Shown: positions 38,715-49,126 of the stretch, piece after piece
Layout: every line of letters starts with the position of its first letter
Position numbering within the stretch: position 1 is the first letter of the stretch
Assembly: GCA_963715865.1 (NCBI GenBank)
Contig: OY970280.1
Location: 2,272,001 to 2,336,000, forward strand
Source of the DNA: Candidatus Bathyarchaeota archaeon
GTDB taxonomy: Archaea; Thermoproteota; Bathyarchaeia; Bathyarchaeales; Bathycorpusculaceae
Direction of reading: 5' to 3'
Length of the DNA stretch: 64,000 bases
The notes under the pieces: model-generated
What the model was told of the DNA's origin: nothing
What the model saw: only the letters and a program-made list of their open reading frames with translations
Database searches by the model: none
Translations under genes and position numbers: made by a program

Positions 38715-39626
38715 TTACATGAAAGCTCTGAAGATCGGATGAGTTTCTTCTAGTGGTCTTGTTTCGAGATCAGCTGCGGCAGATGCAATGTATATGTCAA
38801 CTACTGCAACGGCTGGGAATACCCATTCTGCTTGTTCTGCTGGTCCAATCATTAGCCAGTTTGCGCCGACTGTTTGCATTATCGCGTTAGTAGCGGTTAC
38901 GCATCCTTTTCGGAATTCTTTGGCAATGTTCGCTTTAACCCAACCCATGGTTGTGACAACGTTTCCGCTGCCTAAGCCTACTGGGTGACCATACTTCTCT
39001 TTCATTATAGGTATGGTTCTTACTGCAGTGCCCATGTCAGGAGCAAAAGCGGGAATAGCAGTGTCAATAAGAGGCTTTGTGATTCCACCTTTCTCTGCCA
39101 ATGCTAAAGCTTCTTGTATAACAGTCATCTTTCCTTCGAGGCTGTTGTCTTTGGGATTGTCAGCGAGCACTATGGACATTTTGATGCCACTATCTTTTAG
39201 AACTGCCAATTCAACATCAGTTACGCCTTTGTAAACTGAGTTATAGAAGCATCTGTCTGATAAGCCCATTTTCTTAGCCATGATTGCAGCTGACATGCGT
39301 GTCTTAGGACTCATTGCATCTAACATGATTGGAGCATCACTATATTTAGCAACAAAGTCAATGTATTTCCCGAAGGCTTCTTCTGTTGTTCCGACCACAT
39401 CGAAACCAAATGGAACGCCTGTAATGTCGCTTTGAGTTTGCATCGTATTGATTATTTTTTCTGCTTCTTTTGCATCAAAAATGCCTTTGTTTGCATCTTG
39501 AACCATTTTCTGGCCTAGCCAAAAGATAGAACCAATCAGAAAAGTAGGTAGTTCACCTGGCTGACCGCCTACTTTTACTTTGCCTACTGTGTATATGTTT
39601 TGTTTCGTATTGAATTTGAAGGACAT
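38715..39626 (-). CDS. mtrH: MtrH/MtxH/MtgA-type methylcorrinoid:pterin methyltransferase
   Basis: FKFNTKQ..Y.VGKVKVGGQPGELPT.LIGSIF, KGIFD, KPLIDTA, PVGLG.GN, GANWLMIGP. Confidence 0.88.
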   Translation of the reverse strand: MSFKFNTKQNIYTVGKVKVGGQPGELPTFLIGSIFWLGQKMVQDANKGIFDAKEAEKIINTMQTQSDITGVPFGFDVVGTTEEAFGKYIDFVAKYSDAPIMLDAMSPKTRMSAAIMAKKMGLSDRCFYNSVYKGVTDVELAVLKDSGIKMSIVLADNPKDNSLEGKMTVIQEALALAEKGGITKPLIDTAIPAFAPDMGTAVRTIPIMKEKYGHPVGLGSGNVVTTMGWVKANIAKEFRKGCVTATNAIMQTVGANWLMIGPAEQAEWVFPAVAVVDIYIASAAADLETRPLEETHPIFRAFM

Positions 39627-39645
39627 TTTTCCTCATCTGATGGAT

Positions 39646-40074
39646 TTATTTTTTGCCCATTGCCTTCTTTGCTAACTCAGGAGCTTCTTCCTTGTTCTTG
39701 CCATAAAGTGCACCGATTGCATCAGCATCTTCCTTTTTAACCGCAGCGCCGCCCATGATTATTCCGATTTTGCCCTTTAACCCGGCTGCTTTCAATGCTT
39801 CGTCTAGTTTTGGAAGATTGTTTTTTGCAGGTACTGTGTTTACTGAAATTGCGATTATGTTTGCATTGTTTTCTTTTGCTTTATCAACGAAAACTTGTGG
39901 GGCAACGCTTTTGCCAACGTCGATTGTTTTGAATCCGGCGCGTTTGAGTGACCTTCGAACTGCTTCTTTTGCTGTGTCATGCATGTCTGGTTCAATGTTG
40001 CCTATTACAATTACGCCAATTGGATTCTCTGGTTCTGGAGGCTCTTTTTCCATCATAGATTTAAGCCATGACAT
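39646..40074 (-). CDS. Stand-alone corrinoid-binding protein (MtaC-like B12 domain only)
   Basis: GNIEPDMHDTAK, GFKTIDVG, IAIS, IMGGA. Confidence 0.85.
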   Translation of the reverse strand: MSWLKSMMEKEPPEPENPIGVIVIGNIEPDMHDTAKEAVRRSLKRAGFKTIDVGKSVAPQVFVDKAKENNANIIAISVNTVPAKNNLPKLDEALKAAGLKGKIGIIMGGAAVKKEDADAIGALYGKNKEEAPELAKKAMGKK

Positions 40075-40196
40075 TTAAACACCTTTTTTCCTTTTTTTTG
40101 TTACTCTGGGCTTTTTATACTCGAATTTCATATTTAAGCTTTGACTAATAATTCCATCAATGCGAAAGCATAAAACTACGGAAAGGTGGGGAGCAA

Positions 40197-42500
40197 ATGT
40201 TCAAAGCAACCAGAAAACATGTCTTGCTATTGTTGATTTTCACTTTCGCATTCATTTACCGTATGCTTCTAATGCTTTGGCAAACGTTTCCGCCAGGCGC
40301 TGACATCGGCTTACATAACAGCGTCATTAACTCAATTACACAATCAGGTAACACAAATTTCCTATGGGATTACTACCAGATGGGCGGAGGATTATCCTTG
40401 ACTTTTCCAGGATACCACATTTTCGCTTCAGGAATAATAATGGTGACTGGAATGCCTGATTATCTGGTGCAGTCTGTTATTGTAGCTTTGTTCTCGTCGC
40501 TTATTGTTTTCTGCGCGTTCTTGATAACTCGAACTGTATGGACTGAATCAGCCGCTTTCATTGTCGCATTTTTAGTGGCAATCTCACGCTTTGATATAGA
40601 AATGCTCCTGTGGGGAGGCTACCCCAACGTAATAACCCTGCTTCTGATTCCTTTAACTTTCTACCTGTACCTTCAAAGAGACAGGTTTTCGCTAACGCCT
40701 TTTCTAGCATCAACCTCTATTTTAGTGGGCTCAATATTTTTAACTCACTCTTTAAGCGCCGCCGTTTTCGTTAGCATAACAGTGGGCACCGTGCTCTGTG
40801 TAATGGTTTCACCTAAAACGTTTGGTACATCAAGGAAACATGTCCTTTATTGGTTGCTGCCAATATTTGGCGGAGCAGTCCTTGTTTCGCCTTTTCTAGC
40901 AAGTGCGGTGCCCGCATATTTCGATGCTAACTCTACATTTACAGGCGTCACTGATATTCAGCAGGCATTGCTCTCAACGAGAGTGCTTCCACTTGATATA
41001 GTATTAGCACTTTTTGCTTGTCTTTTGCCGTTCTTTTTGTTATCGAAAAAATATAAAGGACGATTTTTTTCGCTTCCAGCGTTTCTCCTTATCATGTGGC
41101 TTTTAGTTCCCTTATTGTTAACACAGGGCTACATGTTTGGGCTTTATGTAGATTACAATCGGTTTCTATACTTCCTAATTTTACCAGTAATGATACTTTT
41201 AGCTATGATGATTGATCACGGCTCAGGATACTTTGCACAAGTAATAGACACCTACCATGTTCTAACTAGCCAAATGCAGAAAACAAAGAAGACCGCAAAC
41301 AAGTTAGTATCGCGAATCTCAACTCGCATAACCCGCAAAACTATTTATTCTATCTTTTTATTGTGCTTCTTGCTTACCTGTCTCTTTGCCTTGCCAATCT
41401 TTCTCACTCCTTGGCAAGGCGTCACAATTCAAAGTTTCTACCAAGTTATGAACAATCCTGGATACCAAGCAATAGAGTGGGCGAAGCAAAACACGCCAGT
41501 TGGCTCAGTGTTTGTTTCTGATGCTCTTTACGGATGGTGGCTTGGCGGTTTCGCTCAGCGGCCAACTTTGAGTGCGGTTGACCCACAATATTTAACGGTT
41601 GCCCGAGAGTTGGCACCAGCTAAGGCTGCTAAAAATCTTCTTGATACTGACTACATGATTGACAACGGTTACATTCAGGTTAGGGAAGATGGCGGATACA
41701 CTGGTAGACATAATCCTATGTTTCTGGCTGATCTTAACTGGACGTATTTTCCCTACTCCTTCTTTCAGTTTAATAATAGCGAGATTATGTTGCTTTCGCG
41801 GAATGGCGAATCTGTGCAATCTACCGACATAACTCAAATACCTGTAACTAATATGCAACTCGTCGGCGCGCAAACTGATAATCCATCTATTATTGTTAAC
41901 AAAGGAAACAGCGAGTTCAATTACTCAGAAATTTTAACTGTCTCAAAAGGGGTTACATTCGCAAATATGACTATAGTAATCCAGAGCGACGCTCAAAATG
42001 TTTCCTTAGATTGGATTAATTTCATTTTAAACTCGCAGGGTAAATTTCAACAACCAAATGGAAATACTATTGCAATGTTGGATGTAGGTATGAAGGAGTG
42101 CGGTCAACTGATTTTTGTAGAAAATCAGCCACAAGTTCTTTCTCTCAATTCAGAGAATCCGTGTGTTACAGAATTATCTTATAATTTACAAGGCCAATCT
42201 ACAGCGGAAATTCAAATCTTAGTTGGAATCTACCAAGTTTCCGAAACTGACATAGAAAACCAAGCAAGCCTCAACAAAACGTTAACAGGTAATGTTCAAA
42301 ATGCGCAAACACCAACTATCAGCTTGCCTATGGACACGTTCGATTACCAAACAGCTATGCAACAATATTCGGTTTCATACATTGCAAATCGCGATTTTGA
42401 ATTAAACCCAAAATTTGCTGATGACCCCGCATTTAACCTTGTATTTATTAATAATGAAGTTGCCATCTTTAAGGTGAAATCCAACCTAGTTGGGAGTTAG
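40197..42500 (+). CDS. GT-C-fold-like multi-pass membrane protein with a large C-terminal external domain
   Basis: About 12 hydrophobic segments; PGADIGLH loop, WGGYPN, EWAKQNTP...GWW. Confidence 0.65.
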   Translation: MFKATRKHVLLLLIFTFAFIYRMLLMLWQTFPPGADIGLHNSVINSITQSGNTNFLWDYYQMGGGLSLTFPGYHIFASGIIMVTGMPDYLVQSVIVALFSSLIVFCAFLITRTVWTESAAFIVAFLVAISRFDIEMLLWGGYPNVITLLLIPLTFYLYLQRDRFSLTPFLASTSILVGSIFLTHSLSAAVFVSITVGTVLCVMVSPKTFGTSRKHVLYWLLPIFGGAVLVSPFLASAVPAYFDANSTFTGVTDIQQALLSTRVLPLDIVLALFACLLPFFLLSKKYKGRFFSLPAFLLIMWLLVPLLLTQGYMFGLYVDYNRFLYFLILPVMILLAMMIDHGSGYFAQVIDTYHVLTSQMQKTKKTANKLVSRISTRITRKTIYSIFLLCFLLTCLFALPIFLTPWQGVTIQSFYQVMNNPGYQAIEWAKQNTPVGSVFVSDALYGWWLGGFAQRPTLSAVDPQYLTVARELAPAKAAKNLLDTDYMIDNGYIQVREDGGYTGRHNPMFLADLNWTYFPYSFFQFNNSEIMLLSRNGESVQSTDITQIPVTNMQLVGAQTDNPSIIVNKGNSEFNYSEILTVSKGVTFANMTIVIQSDAQNVSLDWINFILNSQGKFQQPNGNTIAMLDVGMKECGQLIFVENQPQVLSLNSENPCVTELSYNLQGQSTAEIQILVGIYQVSETDIENQASLNKTLTGNVQNAQTPTISLPMDTFDYQTAMQQYSVSYIANRDFELNPKFADDPAFNLVFINNEVAIFKVKSNLVGS

Positions 42501-42508
42501 CTATCGCC

Positions 42509-44828
42509 TTGATGGGTAAATTGACAAAAGAGCGACAAATTGAAATCACTTTTATCACCGTTTTCTCAGTGTTAATTTTCGCCATCTTCTACACTCTCAT
42601 ATCAATGAACGGCGTAGTCTTAGGAAACGACTCCTGCTGTCCACTTGGAAAAAGCCCAAATCTTTCTGCAAACAGGAAAAATACCTTTAAGTAACTTAGG
42701 CTGGACCCCTCCACTTTACGAGATTGTGCTTGCAATGTTCATTTCTTTTAGCGGCGCAACTGACATTGGGCAACTAATTTTTTTAGTTAAAGCTTTAGCT
42801 GTAATAGTTGATTGGCTTCTATTCCTCTCTGTTTATTTGATTGGTAGCAAATTTTTTAACAAAAAAGTCGGCGCTGTAGCGGCTGTTTTGTTGTTGATGT
42901 GTTTTCCTATGTACGAGGTTAACGCGTTTGGCGGCTATACCACCGTTCTTGCTATAGCGTTTATGCTCTTGGTGTTTCTTTATCTGCCTTTGGCAGTAGA
43001 GAAATTCGGATACCTTCTGGTCACTTTTTTTGTATCTTTTGCACTTGTTTTATCTCATCAGCTTGCTGCATTTCTTGCCGTCATAATATTGCCTCCAATC
43101 CTGCTTTATATGCTAATAAAATCCAGAGGGGCCTACCTTAAAGTGGTAATCGCATTAATATTAGGCGGAGGAATAGCCTTCTTCCTCTATTATTTTCAAG
43201 CTATGGTTCCTTACCTTGGCCTTGTCATCGAGTACGTGTTTTTTGCGCAAAAAAGTTATGCTTATCAGATTCCAGCAGCAAGTTTTAATTCTTTCATGGT
43301 TAATTTCGGTTTCATATTTTTCTTTGCTTTAAGCGGCATTTTTATTTCATATTATCTTTTAAAAATACAAAAGAAGCTGATTTTTTATGTTATTTTGATG
43401 CTTAGTTTCTTTGTTCCTCTTTTTTTCGCTGAATCTTACATTTTTGGTTTGTATATGCCTTTTCAATGGTTTATTTACTATTTGACGGCTCCAATGGCAA
43501 TTTTCGCGGCTGTTTCCCTTACCTTTATAGAAGAAAAGTTCGCAGTTTACTATGCCAAAAACAAAAAAAGTTTGCGTAAAAATTGGTTAAAGATAGCTAC
43601 TGTTTCTATAATTGTATTAATGTCTTTAATGCTCGTTTTTCGTTCAAATGTAGTGTATGGAAAAATCATGGAAGCCAGCGTTTACTATTCGACAACCGAC
43701 ATAAAAGCGTATGATGCCGGCGTTTGGCTTAAACAAAACTATCCAAATGACGCAACAGTGGTTGTTACTGAAATCCCCGGATTTTGGTTTTCAGCTTTTT
43801 CTGATAAAAATGTGATTGCTCAAACTGACCCGACCGTCCAAAGAAATGAAATTGCAGAGTCCGTTTTGAGTTTATCGTACGAAATTCAGGATCCGCAAAA
43901 CTTGCTGAGGGCTTACGAGGCAAAGGGCGATATTACCGACGAAAATTACGTCTCCATAGATCAAGTCTGGTATCGAGTATCATATTCTTCGGCCTCTGGA
44001 GATTTTATCTCATTCACCCAAAATGGGACGAATTACAAATTTGCTCTCTCTGACTTAAGCAGGGACATATCTTTTGATGAACAAAGTTACCCCGCACAGG
44101 TTGGGTTCCTATACTCCAATGACTATGTAGAATTAACGCAGACAATGCTTGTTCAAAATGACAGTTACCCAATCAACGTTTCATGGGCTGTGACTCCGCT
44201 GCAGAGCGACATTTCCAACGTGACACTATATTTGACGGCTTCTTTTGATCTTCAATTTGACTTTGACAAGGCTCAGATACCTCAACTAATGGATTGGGTT
44301 AACCCATGGGACGTGTCTTCAAAAACTACTGGTGGTCCCGGTGGAGCAGCTTGGGCGGTTGCTACATTTACAAACTCTAACTTAACGGATAATTACGTAG
44401 GACTGTATGACGACAAAAATCAGCTCGCATACGCCTTTAACTTCACCGATTTACCCGACTGGGGCAACATTGGCGCCTTGGCAAGTAGACAAATAGATGC
44501 TGTGAGATTCCAATATCAATTCAACGAAGTCAACGTCAACCAGACAGTTACACGGCAGTATCAAGTTCTTAGCTTTTCAAAAAATAGTTTTCCAGCATTG
44601 CAGCCAAACGAACTGCAAAGCCTCTTCGATTTCAAACCTGGCGAATTTACGGTATCAACAAGAGACTATAAGGACTACATTGCGGAAAATAACATTGAAT
44701 TCATCGTTTATGACAAAAACCAACTTGATACTAAGATGGTCCGTTGCAAATTCTTAGAACTAATCTACTCAAACGACAGGTATGACATCTTCAAAATCCT
44801 GAGTAGTTACAATCAAACGCAAGTCTGA
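42509..44828 (+). CDS. Tandem paralogue of the preceding GT-C-like protein, +1 insertion near 42632
   Basis: Removing one T gives LGNDPAVHLEKAQ and joins 42509-42694 to 42645-44828 (772 aa); FGGYT, WLKQNYP...GFW. Confidence 0.7.
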
Positions 44829-44903
44829 AAATAAAAAAGTATGTTTTTCCTCAAGCCTAGAATAGGATAGCATCGGAATAAAAAAAAAGAAGAACTGGTG
44901 CGT

Positions 44904-45983
44904 TTATTGCTTTTTGAATAATTCAGGGTTTTCCTGCATGACTTTGGGGATGTAGTTGCAGGCTGGGTCGCTTTCGAATAGGTCGCCTGTGTAGTATTCG
45001 GCGCGTGTTCTGCATCCGCCGCAGATTTCTCGGTACTCGCAAACTCCACATTTACCCTTAAGGTTGCTCTTGTCACGAAGCTTTAGGTGCAGTTCGCTGT
45101 GCTGCAGGTCATCCCAGACTTTGGTTAGCTTCTTGTCTTTGACGTTGCCTAGGCGGTAGCCTTCGTGGAATCCGCAGCTGCGGTAGTCGCCGTTTTCAGT
45201 TATGCTTACATAGTTGCCGCCGATGGTGCATCTGCCCAAGTAGCCTTCGTGGTACCAGTCCCAGAAGTCGACAGGATTTTTCTGGCGTACGATTCGGGCG
45301 TAAAAAGGCGAGTAAACGTTGACTTTAACTTTGCCCATCAATTTGCGTTGGATGTCATAGATTTCGTTGAAGGCTTCCTCGTATTGTTCAGGTGTCGGCG
45401 CCAAGTCAGGCATGTTGCTTCCTGCTCTGCCGACGGGAACGAGGTTGTGGTAGACGATCATGCGAGCTTTGTATTCCTCTGCAAGTGCTGCAGGGTGTGC
45501 CATGTGCTTGATGTTGTACTTGGTCATGGTGGTGACTAAGCAGTCTAAAATATCGTTTTCGCTGAGTTTTTTCATGGCGAAAAGAGCTTTGTCGTAGCTG
45601 CCTTTACGTCGGATAATGTCGTTTGATTCCCTGTTGCCGTCGATGCTGACAGCAGTGTGCACATTATACTTCACAAGGTTATCAAGGCGTTTTTGATCAA
45701 ACGCAAATCCGCTTGTGATGAGGCTTACTTCCATGCCATACTCTTTTTCAGCATAAGCAATAACTTCAAAAATGTCCTCTCGAATCAAGGGTTCTCCGCC
45801 GCTAATGCCGAACCATGGGGAACCGAAATTGTGAATTTCATCAACCATTTTTTTGGCACCTTTGGTGTCCAGTTCGCTGTCTTTGGCGTATTCTTTGGTA
45901 TAACTGCAATATATGCAGCTACCAACACAGTTTCTTGTACATCGCCAAGTCACCATGTATACTGGTGCCTTATTTGGAGCCAT
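44904..45983 (-). CDS. Radical SAM/SPASM protein (NirJ/Ahb-like, paralogue 1)
   Basis: CVGSCIYC, SGGEPL, PVGRA, CTIG...GDYRSC, CGVCEYREICGGCRTRA...DPAC. Confidence 0.9.
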   Translation of the reverse strand: MAPNKAPVYMVTWRCTRNCVGSCIYCSYTKEYAKDSELDTKGAKKMVDEIHNFGSPWFGISGGEPLIREDIFEVIAYAEKEYGMEVSLITSGFAFDQKRLDNLVKYNVHTAVSIDGNRESNDIIRRKGSYDKALFAMKKLSENDILDCLVTTMTKYNIKHMAHPAALAEEYKARMIVYHNLVPVGRAGSNMPDLAPTPEQYEEAFNEIYDIQRKLMGKVKVNVYSPFYARIVRQKNPVDFWDWYHEGYLGRCTIGGNYVSITENGDYRSCGFHEGYRLGNVKDKKLTKVWDDLQHSELHLKLRDKSNLKGKCGVCEYREICGGCRTRAEYYTGDLFESDPACNYIPKVMQENPELFKKQ

Positions 45984-46152
45984 TCAATATCACGGTTGAA
46001 AATAGATTCGACAATGCGATATAAAACTTACTCCTAGAAAGCGGCTTTCTGTTTCTTTACAAAAGGTTGCAGTACGCAATCAAGCCGTAGCATTATCTCG
46101 GTTTTAACAAGGATTATTTACTCTGAATTTCTCCTGAATCTTTAGCCAATCT

Positions 46153-46608
46153 CTATTCAGTTTTATTGCCACGCGTCCGCTTGTTTTGAAGTAACCCTTC
46201 AACGGTGAAAACGCTCAGTGCCAATCCAGTTATAAGCATTAATAACAGGAAGAAAATTTTGAATTCGTAAGTTTCATGTGGAAAATGTATGATTAAAACG
46301 TAGAGTTCAACGATTAAAATAGCTAGGAAAAGAAGGGAGTAACGCCACATTGTCGGTATCAAGCGGCGACCAACCCAGACGTATCCACTCACGTGCGCTT
46401 TGTTTTTTGCAATGTACTCGCCATACTCGTTTTTTTGTAGATAGCTAAGGTCTTCAAGTTTCTGCAAGTGCCTGTAAGCCACGCTGGGGCTGCTTAGGTT
46501 CACAGCTTTCATGACATCTCTGGGGCCGACTGGTTTGCCTTTTTTTACAACGTACAAGTATACGTTTAATGTGATTCCTTCCAGTTCCTCGCTATTGGCC
46601 CTCGTCAC
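46153..46608 (-). CDS. Membrane-anchored winged-helix protein
   Basis: GPRDVMKAVNLSSPSVAYRHLQKL HTH followed by two C-terminal TM helices. Confidence 0.75.
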   Translation of the reverse strand: MTRANSEELEGITLNVYLYVVKKGKPVGPRDVMKAVNLSSPSVAYRHLQKLEDLSYLQKNEYGEYIAKNKAHVSGYVWVGRRLIPTMWRYSLLFLAILIVELYVLIIHFPHETYEFKIFFLLLMLITGLALSVFTVEGLLQNKRTRGNKTE

Positions 46609-46944
46609 GTTTAAGCCTCACACGTAAAATGATGTTTAGCAATTTAGCGTATTAGCTTTGCTCAAAGGATTCTGTTTTTTTCACGCTTCTTGAAAAAGAT
46701 TTTCTAAACGCTTTGTATAGCGAGGTGCTATAAACTTTTAAGACTGCCAAAAAACTCACTTGGCACCATCACAAATGAGAAATCAATCAAGTGAGACAAT
46801 TTTGCTCTTCAAAAGAAAACCCCCGTTGGCTTTTACTTTCCCATTTTTCTTTCTTAAATATAGAACATGCATTAGATTTTGGGAAAGTCTTATAAAACCA
46901 ACCAGCGCTAAATTGAAAGTAGAAATCAAGGAGATTATGAAAGA

Positions 46945-48306
46945 ATGTCTAAACCAAAAGAATATTCATGGATGACTAAAAACAAACTAATGACTTACAC
47001 CTTCTTCTCACTCGTCATACTTACCGTCATCACAGCGGCTCTCTGGTCCACTGAGACAACCCCATCAGGCTGGAACCTTGGGCTTACATTAGGCATCAAT
47101 GCCGTAATCGCTGTCGGTATCGCCGTAGGACTTGACGCTTTTCTGCACAAAATCGCAGCTGACAGTCCACTTAACCTCATGTCCGCCGCCGTTTTCGGCT
47201 TAATCGTCACGGGCTGCTATACGCTCGGCGTGCCCACCATGCGCACAGTGGAGCTGTTTCCTCTGGAGGCACCTCAGTGTTTCGTCTATGTTGCGCTGAT
47301 GTCTATCATAGGTTTGGTCATTTTCAAAAAGATCGTCGGCCTTTCAGGCAGAAAATATGTGAATCCTGCGGCAGCTGCAAAAGTCGTCGTCATGATACCA
47401 TTCATCAACACGTTGCTAATAGCAATAGATCATCTAAAAAGCTCTGCGCTTGGCGTACCTTTATTGTCAGGTCCAATTGGCTTATCCAGCCCTGTAAACG
47501 GCAACGGCCTATCCGGATTCGGTGCCTATGTAATCAGTTGCTTCTCTAACGCCAACCTCGCGGTTCCGGCAGCAACAACCAACAACTTACTTCAAGTCAT
47601 GTTTCTAGACAAGTTCCACGCCTGGCCTGGAGGCGCCTCAACTATCGCTGTCATCGTCGTCGGAATTGCTTTCTTCGCCGTAGCACGCAGATACGTGAAA
47701 TGGAGAATAACTGTAAGCTATCTTGTGACCGCCGCTATAATGGCCTTGCTCTTGTCTTTTGCTTACGGTGACGCAGACTTAACTGTGAGACTTCTGTTTA
47801 CACTGTTCATCGGAAGCTCGATATTCTTGGCGTTCTTTATGGCGACAGATCCTGCAACCACCCCGCTAACCTACACAGGACAAGCAATTTTCGGAGTAGG
47901 CGTCGCAATATTGACAGTGCTCATGGAGACCTACATGCAGTTCTTCGGTGCCTCCTTTGTAGCGTTAATCATCATGAACTTAACTGTGCCAGCACTTGAC
48001 AGAATCGGCAAGCTCAAACCCACAACCGAAACCAAAGAACCCAAGCTGCCGAGAGCCAAAGCATTCGCCCCTGAAAAAGTCAAAGAGTACCAATGCATGA
48101 GATGCGGCGTTTGTGTGCGTGTATGTTGCCATAAACTCAGCCCGATAATGATTAAGCAAGCGTTTGACAAATTAGATGTTGAAGCCATGAGCAAGCTCAA
48201 TGCGGATTATTGCACTGGCTGTGGACACTGCAGTTACGTTTGCCCCTCAAGAATCGACTTGAAAGGTGCCGTGCTGCGATCAAAAGCTATGTTGCGGCAG
48301 CAATAA
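46945..48306 (+). CDS. RnfD/NqrB-family membrane protein fused to an RnfC-type 2x[4Fe-4S] domain
   Basis: NPAAA, FFMATDP.T.P, G..IFGVGV..LT; C-terminal CMRCGVCVRVC and CTGCGHCSYVCP. Confidence 0.8.
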   Translation: MSKPKEYSWMTKNKLMTYTFFSLVILTVITAALWSTETTPSGWNLGLTLGINAVIAVGIAVGLDAFLHKIAADSPLNLMSAAVFGLIVTGCYTLGVPTMRTVELFPLEAPQCFVYVALMSIIGLVIFKKIVGLSGRKYVNPAAAAKVVVMIPFINTLLIAIDHLKSSALGVPLLSGPIGLSSPVNGNGLSGFGAYVISCFSNANLAVPAATTNNLLQVMFLDKFHAWPGGASTIAVIVVGIAFFAVARRYVKWRITVSYLVTAAIMALLLSFAYGDADLTVRLLFTLFIGSSIFLAFFMATDPATTPLTYTGQAIFGVGVAILTVLMETYMQFFGASFVALIIMNLTVPALDRIGKLKPTTETKEPKLPRAKAFAPEKVKEYQCMRCGVCVRVCCHKLSPIMIKQAFDKLDVEAMSKLNADYCTGCGHCSYVCPSRIDLKGAVLRSKAMLRQQ

Positions 48307-48462
48307 AAAACTTTTATTTCCTTAACCCTTTTCTTTTATTTTATCTCATTTAACAAAAAACTTCTTTAAATCAGCATTTTTCAAAGCTACACTTTGCATA
48401 CCAAGCTTGCAAGCATTAAGCTTATTAACATGCCACCGCGTAAATAATTCAAGGGATAAAAA

Positions 48463-49126
48463 TTGGAAACTGAAAAATTTAAACTGGCTGACATATTCTA
48501 CGGTATTGTCATACCAATCATTCTAGTGCTACTGATCTTCTTTCTTAGCAATCTATGTCAACGTCAGTGGAACCTACCACATACTCGGAGCTACTAATAC
48601 AATTGCTGTCATTCTAACCTCTGGCTTTGCTCAAATGATCGTTCTCGGCATCCCACTAGTGCTAGGCTTAGTCTGGAATAAATGGGCTGGCGGTGCAGCA
48701 GGCTTTATCATGGGTGGCCTCTATTACGTAGCCAGCGCAGGGCTTTACACAGGATACTATGCAGGTTCGACCCCGGCGTACAACTTTTACGGCGACATGA
48801 GCATGCTAGGATACCTCGTTAACGCTGTTATCATAGGCTACATGGCTGGAGCATTGAACAACAAATCAACGAATTTCAAACGAATGCTAGGAGCAGGCAT
48901 GACAGCTGCGGTGATAACTGCAGTAATCCAAGCTTACCTCAACAATACTGTCTCACTTGCGCCGGCGCGGGCCATGAACCATGGACTTTGGGCAGACACA
49001 TCGATACTGGCACCTGGAGTGTATGGCTTTATCTTAGCCTTCGTTCCGAGCATTGCTTTAGGCATAATAGTACCTATTATTGCTAAAGTAATGACGTGGT
49101 ATGGGCTTCAGCCGATGAGGCATTAA
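48463..49126 (+). CDS. Hypothetical multi-pass membrane protein (220 aa after removing a +1 base near 48544)
   Basis: TTG at 48463 encodes a TM helix that joins the 48635 ORF after a one-base shift; T-rich terminator follows. Confidence 0.6.

Noticed and set aside
38715-39626. Evidence for methanogenesis or a membrane Mtr complex
   Set aside because: mtrH is alone, with no mtrA-G or mcr genes in the window; MtrH homologues are common in non-methanogens.
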